Origin: Treponemataceae bacterium
Lineage (GTDB): Bacteria > Spirochaetota > Spirochaetia > Treponematales > Rectinemataceae
Reading direction: 5' to 3'
DNA: 64,000 nt
NCBI GenBank assembly: GCA_963678065.2
Contig: CAXXVZ010000003.1
Location: forward strand, 1,088,001-1,152,000
In this document: positions 9,394 through 19,325 of the stretch, in pieces
How the letters are laid out: every line of letters starts with the position of its first letter
Numbering within the stretch: position 1 is the stretch's first letter
The notes under the pieces: model-generated
The model's database searches: none
Told to the model about the DNA's origin: nothing
What the model saw: the letters and a program-made list of their open reading frames with translations, nothing else
Program-made: the position numbers and the translations under genes

Positions 9394-10284
9394 CTACACG
9401 GTTTTGTCCGTGAGGGACAAGGCAGAGTGCCGTTTCATGTAATACAGCCCCGAATCGATAGTTCCCTTGGGAACCCCGAGGACCAGGGAGATGACAGAGT
9501 TGGGCACAGTCGGATTGAAGCGCATCACCCTGGACTGCGCGCCAGCGTAGCGTTCCTTTTCCCTGACGAGCCTCTCGGTCATCTCCTTCCTCCTCTCCGG
9601 ATCGAATTCACGGCAGAGCCGCGCCTCGAGGTTGTAGATTCTGACCCAGGCCGCGTTCCTGCTCTCCGCGATGTTCCCGAAACGGAGCCTCTCCCCTTCC
9701 ATGCGGAAGCGGATGCTTGCGACCATGTGGGAGAGCCAGGGCGCAGGCACTCCCGCACGCACCGCGACGCAGTTCAGGTCGGAATCGGATGTCTGGAGAA
9801 CACATTTCAGGAACAGGTACACAAGCCGTCTTCCACGGGGACCGGCCGCGGCGAGTATGTCACGATTCGGTGTGCGACTCCCTTGCTCGTGTCCGACCGC
9901 CTTCAGCGATACCGCAGGGCATGAATCGGGAAAACTAGCAACGCACGATCCGTCATACTGCCAGAGTTCGGGACACTCGCAGACGAATTCCTTTTCGGCA
10001 ACCTTCCGATTCTCTCGCCTGATGGATTTTGCCATGTACAGAAGGCTCGTTTCGATGTAGCGGTCATAAGGATGGCCGCATTGCAGATATCGATCTATCA
10101 GGACATCGATCCTGCTCCGGTAACGCAGGAGCGCGTCCGCCGCGTCGTCTGCCGAATCGAAGCCGTAGCGGAGTGGATCCCTGTAGACCTCGCCCGATAT
10201 GAAATCGACTATCGCCCGCTTTTCCGGATACACCGCGGCGCCGAATTTTTCTGTGAGCGACTCGAAAAGCCCCTTGCTCCGCAT
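9394..10284 (-). CDS. Hypothetical protein, possibly a divergent ECF-like sigma factor
   Basis: C-terminal ISLVLGVPKGTIDSGLYYMK resembles a sigma region-4 HTH; N-terminal DAADALL...IDRY...YDRYI resembles region 2. Confidence 0.5.
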   Translation of the reverse strand: MRSKGLFESLTEKFGAAVYPEKRAIVDFISGEVYRDPLRYGFDSADDAADALLRYRSRIDVLIDRYLQCGHPYDRYIETSLLYMAKSIRRENRKVAEKEFVCECPELWQYDGSCVASFPDSCPAVSLKAVGHEQGSRTPNRDILAAAGPRGRRLVYLFLKCVLQTSDSDLNCVAVRAGVPAPWLSHMVASIRFRMEGERLRFGNIAESRNAAWVRIYNLEARLCREFDPERRKEMTERLVREKERYAGAQSRVMRFNPTVPNSVISLVLGVPKGTIDSGLYYMKRHSALSLTDKTV

Positions 10285-10400
10285 GCAGTTTCCCCCATGG
10301 GAGGACAACATGCACGAGCCGTGCCTGCGGGGCCGATACGATGGCGATTCCGGAAATAGAGTTCGGCATGTACTGTGTTCACAAAGACTTGCGGTTCATG

Positions 10401-10439
10401 AAAAACCGCTTCCGCCTCAGACGGCGAAGGAAGCGGTTT
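10401..10439 (-). terminator. Intrinsic terminator after nrnA
   Basis: AAACCGCTTCC / GGAAGCGGTTT stem, T-run on the minus strand. Confidence 0.6.
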
Positions 10440-10502
10440 AGTTCTTTAAGGTATCTTTACATTCAGTGTGGCCAATGGAGAGCAGGGCTGTGGCCGGCAG
10501 CC

Positions 10503-11474
10503 TCATCCGGAAAAGGAGGGGGCGAAAGCCTCGATCAGCCGCGCCTTCACGTCGTCGATCCTGCCGGGTATCGTGAGGCCGGCCGCGAGACGGTGGCCGC
10601 CGCCGCCGAACGCCGCAGCGAGCTGGGCGACGTTGACGCGGTCGCGGGAGCGGAGTCCGACCGTGCATCCCGCCTCGTCCTCCTGCCTGATCATCATGAC
10701 GGCCTCGCAGCCCGCGACGCCCATCATCAGCTGGTAGATGACGTCGGGGTCGCGGCTGGCCTTGCCGTACTTCTGCTGGTCCTCGAGAGTGACCCACGAC
10801 ACGAGGAGGCGCCCGTTGAAGTAGGGGGTGATCCTCGCGAGAATTTCGCCCATCATCATGCGGGAAGCGAGAGTCTTGCCGCCATACATGGCCGCGTGGG
10901 CCTTTTTGGGCGAAGCGCCCGCGCGCACGAGCCTCGCGGCGATCTCGAATGCCTCGGCTCCCGTCTCGTCGGGATGGCGGAAGAAGCCCGTATCGGTGCA
11001 CAGGCCGTAGAAGAGCAGCTCGGCTTCCTCCCGCGTGGGTGTGCTGCCGAGGGTTTCGATGAGAACGAGTATCATGGCGGTCACCGAGGCCGCTCTCTCG
11101 TCGACCCAGGCGACGTTGTTCCTGATATCGGCCGCCGAGTGGTGGTCGATGAAGGCGACGGGGACGGGTGGCAGGCGATCCGCCATGTCGCCCGTCCGGG
11201 AGAGGGAAGAACAGTCGACGACGATGGCGGCCGAACGCTCCCAGGTCTTCTCCGGAGGAGGGGAATCCGCAAAACGGTTCTCGAAGGCGATGACTTCGGG
11301 TTTCGTGAAGGGGCCCGCGGAGAGCGGGAAAGCCGTCTTGCCGATGCGGCGCAGGAAGGATGAGAGGGCGAGCTGGGAGCCGACGCAGTCGCCATCGGGT
11401 TCCTTGTGCCCGACGATGTAGAAACTGTCGTGCATGTCGATGAAGTCGAGAAGATCGCGGGAAACTTGTTTCAT
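10503..11474 (-). CDS. nrnA: DHH/DHHA1 phosphoesterase (oligoribonuclease / pAp phosphatase)
   Basis: HKEPDGD, IDHH, TDTG, GGGGH..AAG. Confidence 0.9.
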   Translation of the reverse strand: MKQVSRDLLDFIDMHDSFYIVGHKEPDGDCVGSQLALSSFLRRIGKTAFPLSAGPFTKPEVIAFENRFADSPPPEKTWERSAAIVVDCSSLSRTGDMADRLPPVPVAFIDHHSAADIRNNVAWVDERAASVTAMILVLIETLGSTPTREEAELLFYGLCTDTGFFRHPDETGAEAFEIAARLVRAGASPKKAHAAMYGGKTLASRMMMGEILARITPYFNGRLLVSWVTLEDQQKYGKASRDPDVIYQLMMGVAGCEAVMMIRQEDEAGCTVGLRSRDRVNVAQLAAAFGGGGHRLAAGLTIPGRIDDVKARLIEAFAPSFSG

Positions 11475-11501
11475 GGGAAAATCCGCCTCGTGATACCGTC
11501 T

Positions 11502-12446
11502 TCAGGGTATGGTGGCGAGCATTATCGCCTTGATCGTGTGTTTCCGGTTTTCAGTCTGCAGGAAGACCCTGCTCCGGGGGCCCTCGATGACATCGAGGGT
11601 AACCTCTTCGCCTTTATTGGCGGGAAGGCAGTGCATGAAGATCGAGTCGGGTTTGCCCGTGGCCTCCATGACGGAGGAATCGACGCGGAAATCCGAGAGG
11701 AGACCGACGCGGGCTTCGCGCAGATGCTCTTCGCCCATGGAGGCCCAGACGTCTGTGTAGACGGCGTCGGCGCCCCTGACGCCTGAGCTCACGGAATCGC
11801 TCACCTCGATTTTCGCCCCGGAATCGCGGGCGATCGGGAGGCAGATGTCGAGAATTGCGCCGTCGGGTTGGAGTCCGGAGGGGGCCGCGATGCTGTAATT
11901 CACGCCGAGCTTGGCGCAGATCGCCATGAGGGAGCGCGCCACGTTGTTCCGGCCGTCGCCCACGAAGCAGATCTTCCGTCCCTCGCAGGGGCCGAATTCT
12001 TCCTCGAAGGTGAAGATGTCGGCGAGGACCTGGGTAGGATGAAATTCGTCGGTGAGGCCGTTGTAGACCGGGACTCCCGCGTACTTCGCGAGCGCGCGGG
12101 CCTGTTCCTGGCTGAAGCCGCGGAACTGGATCGCGTCGAACATGGTGCCAAGGACGCGCGCCGTGTCCTCGATGGACTCTCCGGAACCGAGCCTCAAATC
12201 CTGACTCGACAGAAAGACGGGATGACCGCCCTCCTCGCCGAAGGCGGTCTCGAAGGCCGCGCGGGTTCTGGTCGAGCGTTTCTCGAAAATCAAGGCGAGG
12301 GTTTTGCCCCTGAAGCGCTGCAGACGCCGGCCCTTGATGGATTGTGCCTTGGCCTTTTTTGCGAGGCCGAGAAGGAATCGTATCTCCTCGGGAGTATAAT
12401 CGATCCAGGTAAGCAGGGAACGGCCCTTGAGCGATGCGGGTTTCAC
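11502..12446 (-). CDS. argF: Ornithine carbamoyltransferase
   Basis: STRTR, HPTQ, SMGEE, HCLP. Confidence 0.92.
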   Translation of the reverse strand: MKPASLKGRSLLTWIDYTPEEIRFLLGLAKKAKAQSIKGRRLQRFRGKTLALIFEKRSTRTRAAFETAFGEEGGHPVFLSSQDLRLGSGESIEDTARVLGTMFDAIQFRGFSQEQARALAKYAGVPVYNGLTDEFHPTQVLADIFTFEEEFGPCEGRKICFVGDGRNNVARSLMAICAKLGVNYSIAAPSGLQPDGAILDICLPIARDSGAKIEVSDSVSSGVRGADAVYTDVWASMGEEHLREARVGLLSDFRVDSSVMEATGKPDSIFMHCLPANKGEEVTLDVIEGPRSRVFLQTENRKHTIKAIMLATIP

Positions 12447-12600
12447 GCACCTTCCTCCTTGCGCGGAAAAGAAAAGTCATCGTACCGCAAAGAGTCCTGG
12501 CGGTCAAGTTTGGGGAGATTTTCAGGAGAGGGATATCGGGAGGATCAGGCGGGATTCCCCGGTATGGGCAATCCACGGGGGAGGAGGTTAGAATAGGTCC

Positions 12601-13284
12601 ATGGATGAAACCCTGTCCGTGGCCCTTGATCCGGAACAGATCCGGTTCCGGGCGATATTCGGAATTCTGAAGCCTCTCTGGCCCTCGGCCGAGCCACTCC
12701 TTGCCTGGAAAAACCCATTCGAACTCTTGTGCGCCGTCATACTTTCCGCCCAGTGCTCCGACGATCAGGTGAACAGAGTCACGCCCGAACTCTTCGACCG
12801 CTGGCCCGACGCCTTCGCCCTCGCAGAGGCCCGCCCGACAGAGGTCGAGTCGGTCATCCACAGTGTCGGCTTTTTCAGGACGAAGGCCCTCCACCTCGTG
12901 CAGACGGCGGGCATCATCGCTTCGGCCCATGCCGGGAGGGTTCCTGACAGCATGGAAAGCCTTCTCGCTCTGCCCGGCGTCGGGCGGAAGACTGCGAACC
13001 TCGTCATCTCGGCCTCGTATGGAGTGGCCGGCATCATCGTCGATACCCACGTCCTGCGCGTGGCCACGCGGACCGGCCTGCACGGCAAGCGCGATCCGGC
13101 TGCGGTGGAAAAGCGGATTGCGACCCTCATCGAAGAACGGGATTGGACCGCTTTCTCCCACGCAGTGAACCGGCACGGCAAGTTCACCTGCACGGCGCGC
13201 AGGCCCGCCTGCGTTCTGACGGGGATCTCCTGTCCGATAGAGGCTCTCTGTCCGAGAATCGGTGTCGATTGCACGGGGAAGTGA
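12601..13284 (+). CDS. nth: Endonuclease III
   Basis: LSAQ, HhH LPGVGRKTA, VDTHV, C-terminal 4-Cys cluster motif. Confidence 0.92.
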   Translation: MDETLSVALDPEQIRFRAIFGILKPLWPSAEPLLAWKNPFELLCAVILSAQCSDDQVNRVTPELFDRWPDAFALAEARPTEVESVIHSVGFFRTKALHLVQTAGIIASAHAGRVPDSMESLLALPGVGRKTANLVISASYGVAGIIVDTHVLRVATRTGLHGKRDPAAVEKRIATLIEERDWTAFSHAVNRHGKFTCTARRPACVLTGISCPIEALCPRIGVDCTGK

Positions 13285-13340
13285 CCCCAAGCCCTCTCAC
13301 GGGGAGTCTGCATCCAGGTTCCGTTCGCGGCGCGCCAGCA

Positions 13341-13565
13341 TCAGCCACCACCCACCGGAGGAAAGAGGGAGATGCGGTCACAATCCGCGAGGGCTGCGTC
13401 GATCCGCCCGTCCCTCCCGTTTATGAGGAGGATGGCGACATCCTTCTCTCCGATGCCCAGGAAGGTCATGATATCGCGCGGCACCGAATCGGGCGGCAGC
13501 TCCAGTTCCTGTTCCCTGCCCCTGCCCTCGCGCAGAGTGGCGAAGAGCCTGACTGTGATCCTCAT
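13341..13565 (-). CDS. MoaD/ThiS-family sulfur carrier
   Basis: VRLFATLR...FPPVGGG C-terminus; follows aor. Confidence 0.9.
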   Translation of the reverse strand: MRITVRLFATLREGRGREQELELPPDSVPRDIMTFLGIGEKDVAILLINGRDGRIDAALADCDRISLFPPVGGG

Positions 13566-13673
13566 GGCCTTCCTCGTTCATGGACACGGCATCAGCCGCA
13601 ATCGCGGCCTGCGCCCGCGGCAATCCGCCGGGGCATCGGCGGCGACCTCCTGCCCCGGCGGTCCGGCATTTTC

Positions 13674-15473
13674 TCAGGCACCCACGCCGAGGGCGGCGAG
13701 TTTTTCCTTTGTCGGAATGCCATCCGTCCCCCAGCCCCGGAGCCTGTAGTATTCGGGAAGAAGCTGGTCCAGCTTGTGCGTCCAGCCGGCAGAGGGACCT
13801 TCGGGGATAGGATCTTCGAGGAGGCGTTTGGGCAGGGTGTCCTGCTCGGATCCGATGCCCGCCTGCTGGTTGAACACGCGTTCGATATTCCAGATGCGCT
13901 CGCCGGATGTGATGAAATCGGCGCCGGTCAGGGAGAATCCGCATACGGCGTTGTAGAGGTCGGCGTAATCGTCGGCGTTCATGGCGAAGGATGTGAAGAG
14001 GCAGAGGCCGACCGAGTCGATGGCCGCGGTGAAATCCTGGAAGATCTTTGTCCAGTTGCTCTTGCCGTCCAGCGCGAAGCGGTCGAGTTTCTCCGGGAGG
14101 CCGAGAATCTCGGGGGATATCATGTAGCCGCGGACGTGGCAGCCGCCGCGGTTCGAGGTGGCGTACTGAACACCGTGGCCCTGGATGCCGCGAGGATCGT
14201 ATGCTGGGAGTTCCTGTTTCTTGACCGTCATGGAAACCTCCGGGGCGCCGTAGAGTTCGGCGAGCCTGAAGGAGCCGAGGGCCAGCTTTGCCCCGAAACC
14301 GGTTCCCCAACCCATGCGTCTGGTCCATTCGACAACCGATTCCACGTTGCCGAATTTCAGTTCAGGCCCGTCGCCGAACTCTGACTTCTTGATGAGCCCG
14401 CGCTGGTAGAGTTCCATGGCGGCCGCGAGGGTTGAGCCCGCGGAGATGGTGTCCAGGCCCAGTTCGTTGCACCAGTAATTCGCCTTGATGACGGAAGCGA
14501 GGTCGGAGATACCGCAGTCGGAGCCGAATGCCCATATGGTCTCGTATTCAGGGCCGCCGCCCTTGATGTCGTCCACCTCGCAGTAGCGGCCGCAGGCGAT
14601 GGGACAACGGAAGCAGGGATCTTTCTTTTTCAGATATCTGGCGGCGAGGGTCTCGCCGGAGATCTCGTCGGCGGCGGGAAAGACGCTGGTCTGGAAGTTG
14701 TTGGTCGGGAACACGCCGTTCTCGTTGATGATGTTCACGAGGATCGCCGTGCCGTAGGCCGGAAGGCCGGAGCCGGTGACCCCGTTCTCCTTGATCTTTT
14801 TCATACAGCGGGTGAAGGCGACTTTGAGCTTCGCCTCGTCGGCGACAGCCACCTTGCCGCTGCCCTTGACTACGACTGCCTTCAGGTTCTTGGAGCCCAT
14901 GACGGCGCCGACTCCCGAGCGGCCGGCAGCGCGGCAGCGGTCGTTCATGATCGCCGCGAGGAGTGACAGCCTCTCCCCCGCGGGTCCGATGGTCAAGACG
15001 CGATGCTTATCGCCGTGGCGCTTCTCCAGTATGTCCGTCGTCTCCGAAACGACCTTGCCCCAGAGCTCCCCGGCCTCCCTGAGTTCCACTTTATCGTCCT
15101 CGATCACGAGGTATACGGGCGAGGTCGCCTTCCCCTCGAACACGATCGCGTCGTAGCCGGCGAATTTCAGTTCGGCGCCGAAATAGCCGCCCGAGTTCGA
15201 ACTGGCGATCGTCCCCGTGAGCGGAGATTTTGTCACGGCCATATAGCGGCCGCCCGTCGGCGTAGCCGTTCCGGTGAGCGGGCCCGTGACGAACATGAGC
15301 TTGTTGGCCGGACTCAGAGCGTCGACCGCGGGATCGATCTCCTTCATGAGCATCGCGGTTCCGAGGCCTCGCCCGCCGACATACTTCTTCGCGACATCGA
15401 TATCCAGGGACTCGGTCAGAACCGATCTCTCGCTCAGGTCGACCCTGAGTATTTTCCCCATGTAGCCGTTCAT
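13674..15473 (-). CDS. aor: Aldehyde:ferredoxin oxidoreductase (tungstopterin family)
   Basis: GKILRVDLS, KSPLTG, AAGRSGVGAVMGSKNLKA, CFRCPIACG, EYET, GLDTIS. Confidence 0.93.
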   Translation of the reverse strand: MNGYMGKILRVDLSERSVLTESLDIDVAKKYVGGRGLGTAMLMKEIDPAVDALSPANKLMFVTGPLTGTATPTGGRYMAVTKSPLTGTIASSNSGGYFGAELKFAGYDAIVFEGKATSPVYLVIEDDKVELREAGELWGKVVSETTDILEKRHGDKHRVLTIGPAGERLSLLAAIMNDRCRAAGRSGVGAVMGSKNLKAVVVKGSGKVAVADEAKLKVAFTRCMKKIKENGVTGSGLPAYGTAILVNIINENGVFPTNNFQTSVFPAADEISGETLAARYLKKKDPCFRCPIACGRYCEVDDIKGGGPEYETIWAFGSDCGISDLASVIKANYWCNELGLDTISAGSTLAAAMELYQRGLIKKSEFGDGPELKFGNVESVVEWTRRMGWGTGFGAKLALGSFRLAELYGAPEVSMTVKKQELPAYDPRGIQGHGVQYATSNRGGCHVRGYMISPEILGLPEKLDRFALDGKSNWTKIFQDFTAAIDSVGLCLFTSFAMNADDYADLYNAVCGFSLTGADFITSGERIWNIERVFNQQAGIGSEQDTLPKRLLEDPIPEGPSAGWTHKLDQLLPEYYRLRGWGTDGIPTKEKLAALGVGA

Positions 15474-15507
15474 ATCGTCCTCCCTTCACGTAAGGTGCGG
15501 ACGATGG

Positions 15508-15523
15508 TGCAAGTTTCGTGCCA
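15508..15523 (-). promoter_or_regulatory. Sigma54 (-24/-12) promoter of aor
   Basis: Minus strand TGGCACGAAACTTGCA matches TGGCAC-N5-TTGC; AT-rich tract immediately upstream (15525-15560). Confidence 0.85.
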
Positions 15524-15584
15524 AATAATTAATTCATTATATTATATATAAATAAAATTGCCAGTAGCAAAAGACAATAAGGAT

Positions 15585-15654
15585 CGTTTCAGAATGGAAC
15601 AGTCATCGCTTCCAGCGATTGTTCCAAATCGGTACAGTGTCTCAGAATGGGGCA
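15585..15654. promoter_or_regulatory. Three candidate enhancer (UAS) palindromes of TGT-N11-ACA type
   Basis: CGTTTCAGAATGGAACA (15585-15601), TGTTCCAAATCGGTACA (15620-15636), TGTCTCAGAATGGGGCA (15638-15654). Confidence 0.6.
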
Positions 15655-17574
15655 GTCGATATTCAGAGCCTCAATCTTGCGGTATAGAGTCGTCCGGCCT
15701 ATGCCGAGTGTCCGGGCCGCGAGGCTCATATTTCCCCGGTGGATCTGGAGGACGCGCCGGATATGGCGCCGTTCCATTTCCTCCAGACTCACGATCTCCT
15801 CTTCCATGGCACTTTCTCCCCGGTACAGAGCCATGCCGGCAATCGCGCGCGGCGTCTCCGTTTCCCGCGACGAAGGGAAGGAGACGACCCTTTCGGCGTT
15901 GATGATGAGTTCGATCAGGTTTTCCAGTTCGCGGACATTGCCCGGCCACTCGTACTCGACGAGGGAACGCAGGTAGGCATCGGGAAGTTTGATGGGTTTC
16001 TTGTTGAGCTTCCGCGAGATGCGGTTCATGAAGAAATCGATGAGGAGGGGAATGTCGTCCTTTCGCGAGCGAAGGGGCGGGAGGACGAGGGGCAGGACAT
16101 TGAGCCGGTAGTAGAGGTCTTTCCGGAAATTGCCTCGCTCCACCTCGATCTGCAGATTCTTGTTCGTCGCCGCGATGATGCGGGCATCTACCACGGTGTC
16201 ACGCGATCCGCCGACGCGGCAGATCGTCCCCTCTTCGATGACTCGCAGAAGTTGAGTCTGCAGGTCAAGCGGCATTTCACCGATCTCGTCAAGGAAGATG
16301 GTGCCACCATCCGCGATCTCGAACTTGCCGGGCTGCCCCGAACGCTTGGCGCCGGTGAAGGCGCCCTCGTCGTAACCGAAGAGTTCCGATTCGATCAGGG
16401 TGCGCGGCAGAGCCCCGCAATTGATCGCGACAAAGGCCTCATCCTTCCGGTCGCTCAGGTTGTGCACCGACTGGGCGAAGAGTTCCTTCCCCGTCCCGCT
16501 CTCCCCCAGAATGAGGATGGTCGAGCGGCTGTCCGCCATCTTCCTGGCAAAATCAATTGTGCGCAGAAAGTCCGGGTTCCGGCCTATGATCTTGTCGAAG
16601 GTATAGATGGCGCGGCGTCCGACAATCCTGTTCGCGAGTTTGCGCACCTTGCGCAGTTCCTTGAACACGAGGATCGCATCCCTGACCGAGCCGTGCTGAT
16701 CCACTATGGGATAGGCGCTCAGACTGAACTGGATCTTGTTCCGTCTGGCATTCACGGAGACATCTTCCTCCTGGAAAGAACGTTTCTCCAGGAGCGCTTC
16801 GCGGACTCTCTCCCAGCCTTCAAAGATTCCTCCGATCCGCATCCGCCGCATCTCGCCGGCATCGTATCCGAACATTTCGGCCGCCTGCACGCTCACTGTC
16901 TTGACTGTCCCGTCGAGGTCCGCGGTCAGTATGCCAGCAGTCAGGGAATCGATGATCGTCTCCGTATACCGTTTCGAGAGAGCAAGTTCTTCTACATACC
17001 GCCCGATGCGGAGGATTTTCCCGATCGCGTCGACTGCCGCCACGACCATGCCAAGAGTATGAGAGTGGACGCTCTCGCAATTCCCCGTCAGATCCAGTGC
17101 ACCGACGATCCTGCCACTCTCGTCCAGAATCGGCGCACCCGAGCAGGTCCATCGGTGGTAGGCTTCGACGAAATGTTCCGTACCGGAGATCTGGACGGCC
17201 ATCCCTTCGGCAAGAGCGGTGCCCATGGCGTTCGTACCGATGCTCCGCTCGTCCATGTACGCGCCAGGGATCATCTTGAGCGCGAAGGCCCTGGAAAGGA
17301 TGTCCTCGTCCCCCATGACCTTGAGGATGCAGCCTTCCTCGTCGGTGAGGATGGCAAAGAATCCGGATCCCTTCACGAAGCTGTAAAGTTGGTTGATGAA
17401 AGGCTCGGCCCCGACGATGAACTCGCGTTTCGCTTCCAGTTTTTCAAAAAGTTCGGATCCGGAAAGGATGCACGAGCTGAAGACACGATCCATCTCGATC
17501 CCGTAACTCCGGCATCGTTCGTGCGAACGGGCGACATATTCCCGATGGCCCATGTTCTCGCAATGCGCTTCCAT
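15589..17574 (-). CDS. Sigma54-dependent enhancer-binding protein (GAF-PAS-AAA+-HTH; AcoR/AorR-like)
   Basis: GTNAMGT GAF motif, GESGTGKE, GAFTGA, WPGNVREL, Fis-type HTH; AGGAG SD before MEAHCEN. Confidence 0.92.
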   Translation of the reverse strand: MEAHCENMGHREYVARSHERCRSYGIEMDRVFSSCILSGSELFEKLEAKREFIVGAEPFINQLYSFVKGSGFFAILTDEEGCILKVMGDEDILSRAFALKMIPGAYMDERSIGTNAMGTALAEGMAVQISGTEHFVEAYHRWTCSGAPILDESGRIVGALDLTGNCESVHSHTLGMVVAAVDAIGKILRIGRYVEELALSKRYTETIIDSLTAGILTADLDGTVKTVSVQAAEMFGYDAGEMRRMRIGGIFEGWERVREALLEKRSFQEEDVSVNARRNKIQFSLSAYPIVDQHGSVRDAILVFKELRKVRKLANRIVGRRAIYTFDKIIGRNPDFLRTIDFARKMADSRSTILILGESGTGKELFAQSVHNLSDRKDEAFVAINCGALPRTLIESELFGYDEGAFTGAKRSGQPGKFEIADGGTIFLDEIGEMPLDLQTQLLRVIEEGTICRVGGSRDTVVDARIIAATNKNLQIEVERGNFRKDLYYRLNVLPLVLPPLRSRKDDIPLLIDFFMNRISRKLNKKPIKLPDAYLRSLVEYEWPGNVRELENLIELIINAERVVSFPSSRETETPRAIAGMALYRGESAMEEEIVSLEEMERRHIRRVLQIHRGNMSLAARTLGIGRTTLYRKIEALNIDCPILRHCTDLEQSLEAMTVPF

Positions 17575-17679
17575 TCTCTTGCTCCTATATTCCCACAAGG
17601 CGTTGACAGTATTCTGCCGCAACGTCGTTTTTGTCAAATCATATGAATCGGAACCGCTTCCTGCGGACGATACGGGTAC

Positions 17680-19323
17680 GTGGACAATACAGAAACATCG
17701 GCCCCGAATGCCGCCGGTCCCGCGGAGCATGACCACACAGGTCCTGACCCGGTCGCGGCGCTCGCGGCGGAACGCTTCGGCATCCCCTGCCTCATGCCCC
17801 TGCAGCGCTTTGTCGTGGCGAACATTCTCGACTCCGTAGAGGGTGAGAAAATGCGTCAGATGGTTCTTCTCCCCACAGGCTTCGGCAAGTCGCTGTGCTT
17901 CCAGCTGCCTTCGCTCCTCCTCCCCCGGCCGACCCTCGTCGTGTATCCCCTTCTCGCCCTCATGGCAGACCAGAAGCGGAGCCTCGACGCGAAAGGAATC
18001 GGTTCGGCGCTTTTCCGCGGCGGGATGGAATCCGATGAGCGCAGGCAGGCCGAGAGGGATGTCGAATCGGGAGCGGCCAAAATCATCATCACAAACCCCG
18101 AAAGCCTCGCCCGGGGGCAGCTGGCGGATTTCCTCAAATCGGTCAAGCCCTCGCACGTAGCGATCGACGAGGCGCATTGTGTGTCCGAATGGGGCGAGAC
18201 CTTCAGACCATCATATCTCGATCTCGGCCGTATCGTCGAAGAGCTGGACCCTCCCGCCGTGAGCGCCTTCACGGCCACAGCGAGTCCGACGGTTTCCGAA
18301 GCCATTTCCCGCATCATCTTCGGCGCGGCCCCATACAGGCTCGTGGCGGGGGACCCGGACAGACCGAACATCCACTTCTCGGTCGTGAGAACCCTGTGCA
18401 GAGAACACACGGTGACGAGACTCGCCGCCTCGATGCGAAAACCTCTCATCGTATTCTGTTCCTCGCGCGAGACGACCCAGATCCTCGCCCAAAGCCTCCG
18501 GGAACGCATTGGCCCGGAAGTCCGCTTCTACCATGCCGGCCTCGAGTGTGCAGAAAAGAAGACAATCGAAAGCTGGTTCATGGAGAGCAAGGCCGGCATA
18601 CTGATAGCCACATGCGCCTACGGAATGGGCGTCGATAAAAGCGATGTGCGCTCGGTCATCCACTACGAGGCGCCGCCCTCGGTGGAGGCTTATCTGCAGG
18701 AAGCGGGACGGGCGGGGCGGGATCGGGAGAATGCGGAGGCAGTACTCATCGTCCAGGAAGGGGGCGGCGCGGGCCGGTGCGCGGAAACGGACCCGGTGAG
18801 GGAAAAACGAAGGAGATTGATGGCGGGGTACGGGAAGGCGGAGGGATGCAGGAGGGAGGAACTCATGCGCATGATGGGAGTCGAACCGGGCAGCGTTCTC
18901 TGCTCGGGCTGCGATGTCTGTGAAGGCAGAGCCCGGAACTCTGCGGAGGGGATGGAGGAACTGCTCGATTTTTTCGGAAGGAACGGCAGGCGGCACAACA
19001 AAAAGGCCTCCATCCTCCTGCTTTCAGGAAAGGGAAAGGCCGGTCTGCGGCGCTGCGCGGGCTCGGGCAGCCTCTCCGGATGGGAGATGCGGGACCTGGC
19101 CCTCCTCGTGGCATCGGGGAAACAGGCTGGAATCCTGGGAGAGTCCGGGTCTTTCCCGTGGAAGGGAAAACTCTTCCTGACACGGCGGGGCCTCGCTCTC
19201 AGACGGGATCGACGGGCCGGACATGAGTGTCAGGAGCCTGTGTTACAGGAGAAAGGGAGAGCTGATACTGCGTTGACGATGGAAGTTTCGCCAGACGGGC
19301 CCGCCCCGAAGGCGAGCCCGTGA
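17680..19323 (+). CDS. recQ: RecQ-family DNA helicase (no obvious HRDC domain)
   Basis: PTGFGKSLCFQ, IDEAHCVSEWG..FRP, QEAGRAGRD, Cys-rich Zn domain. Confidence 0.88.
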   Translation: MDNTETSAPNAAGPAEHDHTGPDPVAALAAERFGIPCLMPLQRFVVANILDSVEGEKMRQMVLLPTGFGKSLCFQLPSLLLPRPTLVVYPLLALMADQKRSLDAKGIGSALFRGGMESDERRQAERDVESGAAKIIITNPESLARGQLADFLKSVKPSHVAIDEAHCVSEWGETFRPSYLDLGRIVEELDPPAVSAFTATASPTVSEAISRIIFGAAPYRLVAGDPDRPNIHFSVVRTLCREHTVTRLAASMRKPLIVFCSSRETTQILAQSLRERIGPEVRFYHAGLECAEKKTIESWFMESKAGILIATCAYGMGVDKSDVRSVIHYEAPPSVEAYLQEAGRAGRDRENAEAVLIVQEGGGAGRCAETDPVREKRRRLMAGYGKAEGCRREELMRMMGVEPGSVLCSGCDVCEGRARNSAEGMEELLDFFGRNGRRHNKKASILLLSGKGKAGLRRCAGSGSLSGWEMRDLALLVASGKQAGILGESGSFPWKGKLFLTRRGLALRRDRRAGHECQEPVLQEKGRADTALTMEVSPDGPAPKASP

Positions 19324-19325
19324 CC

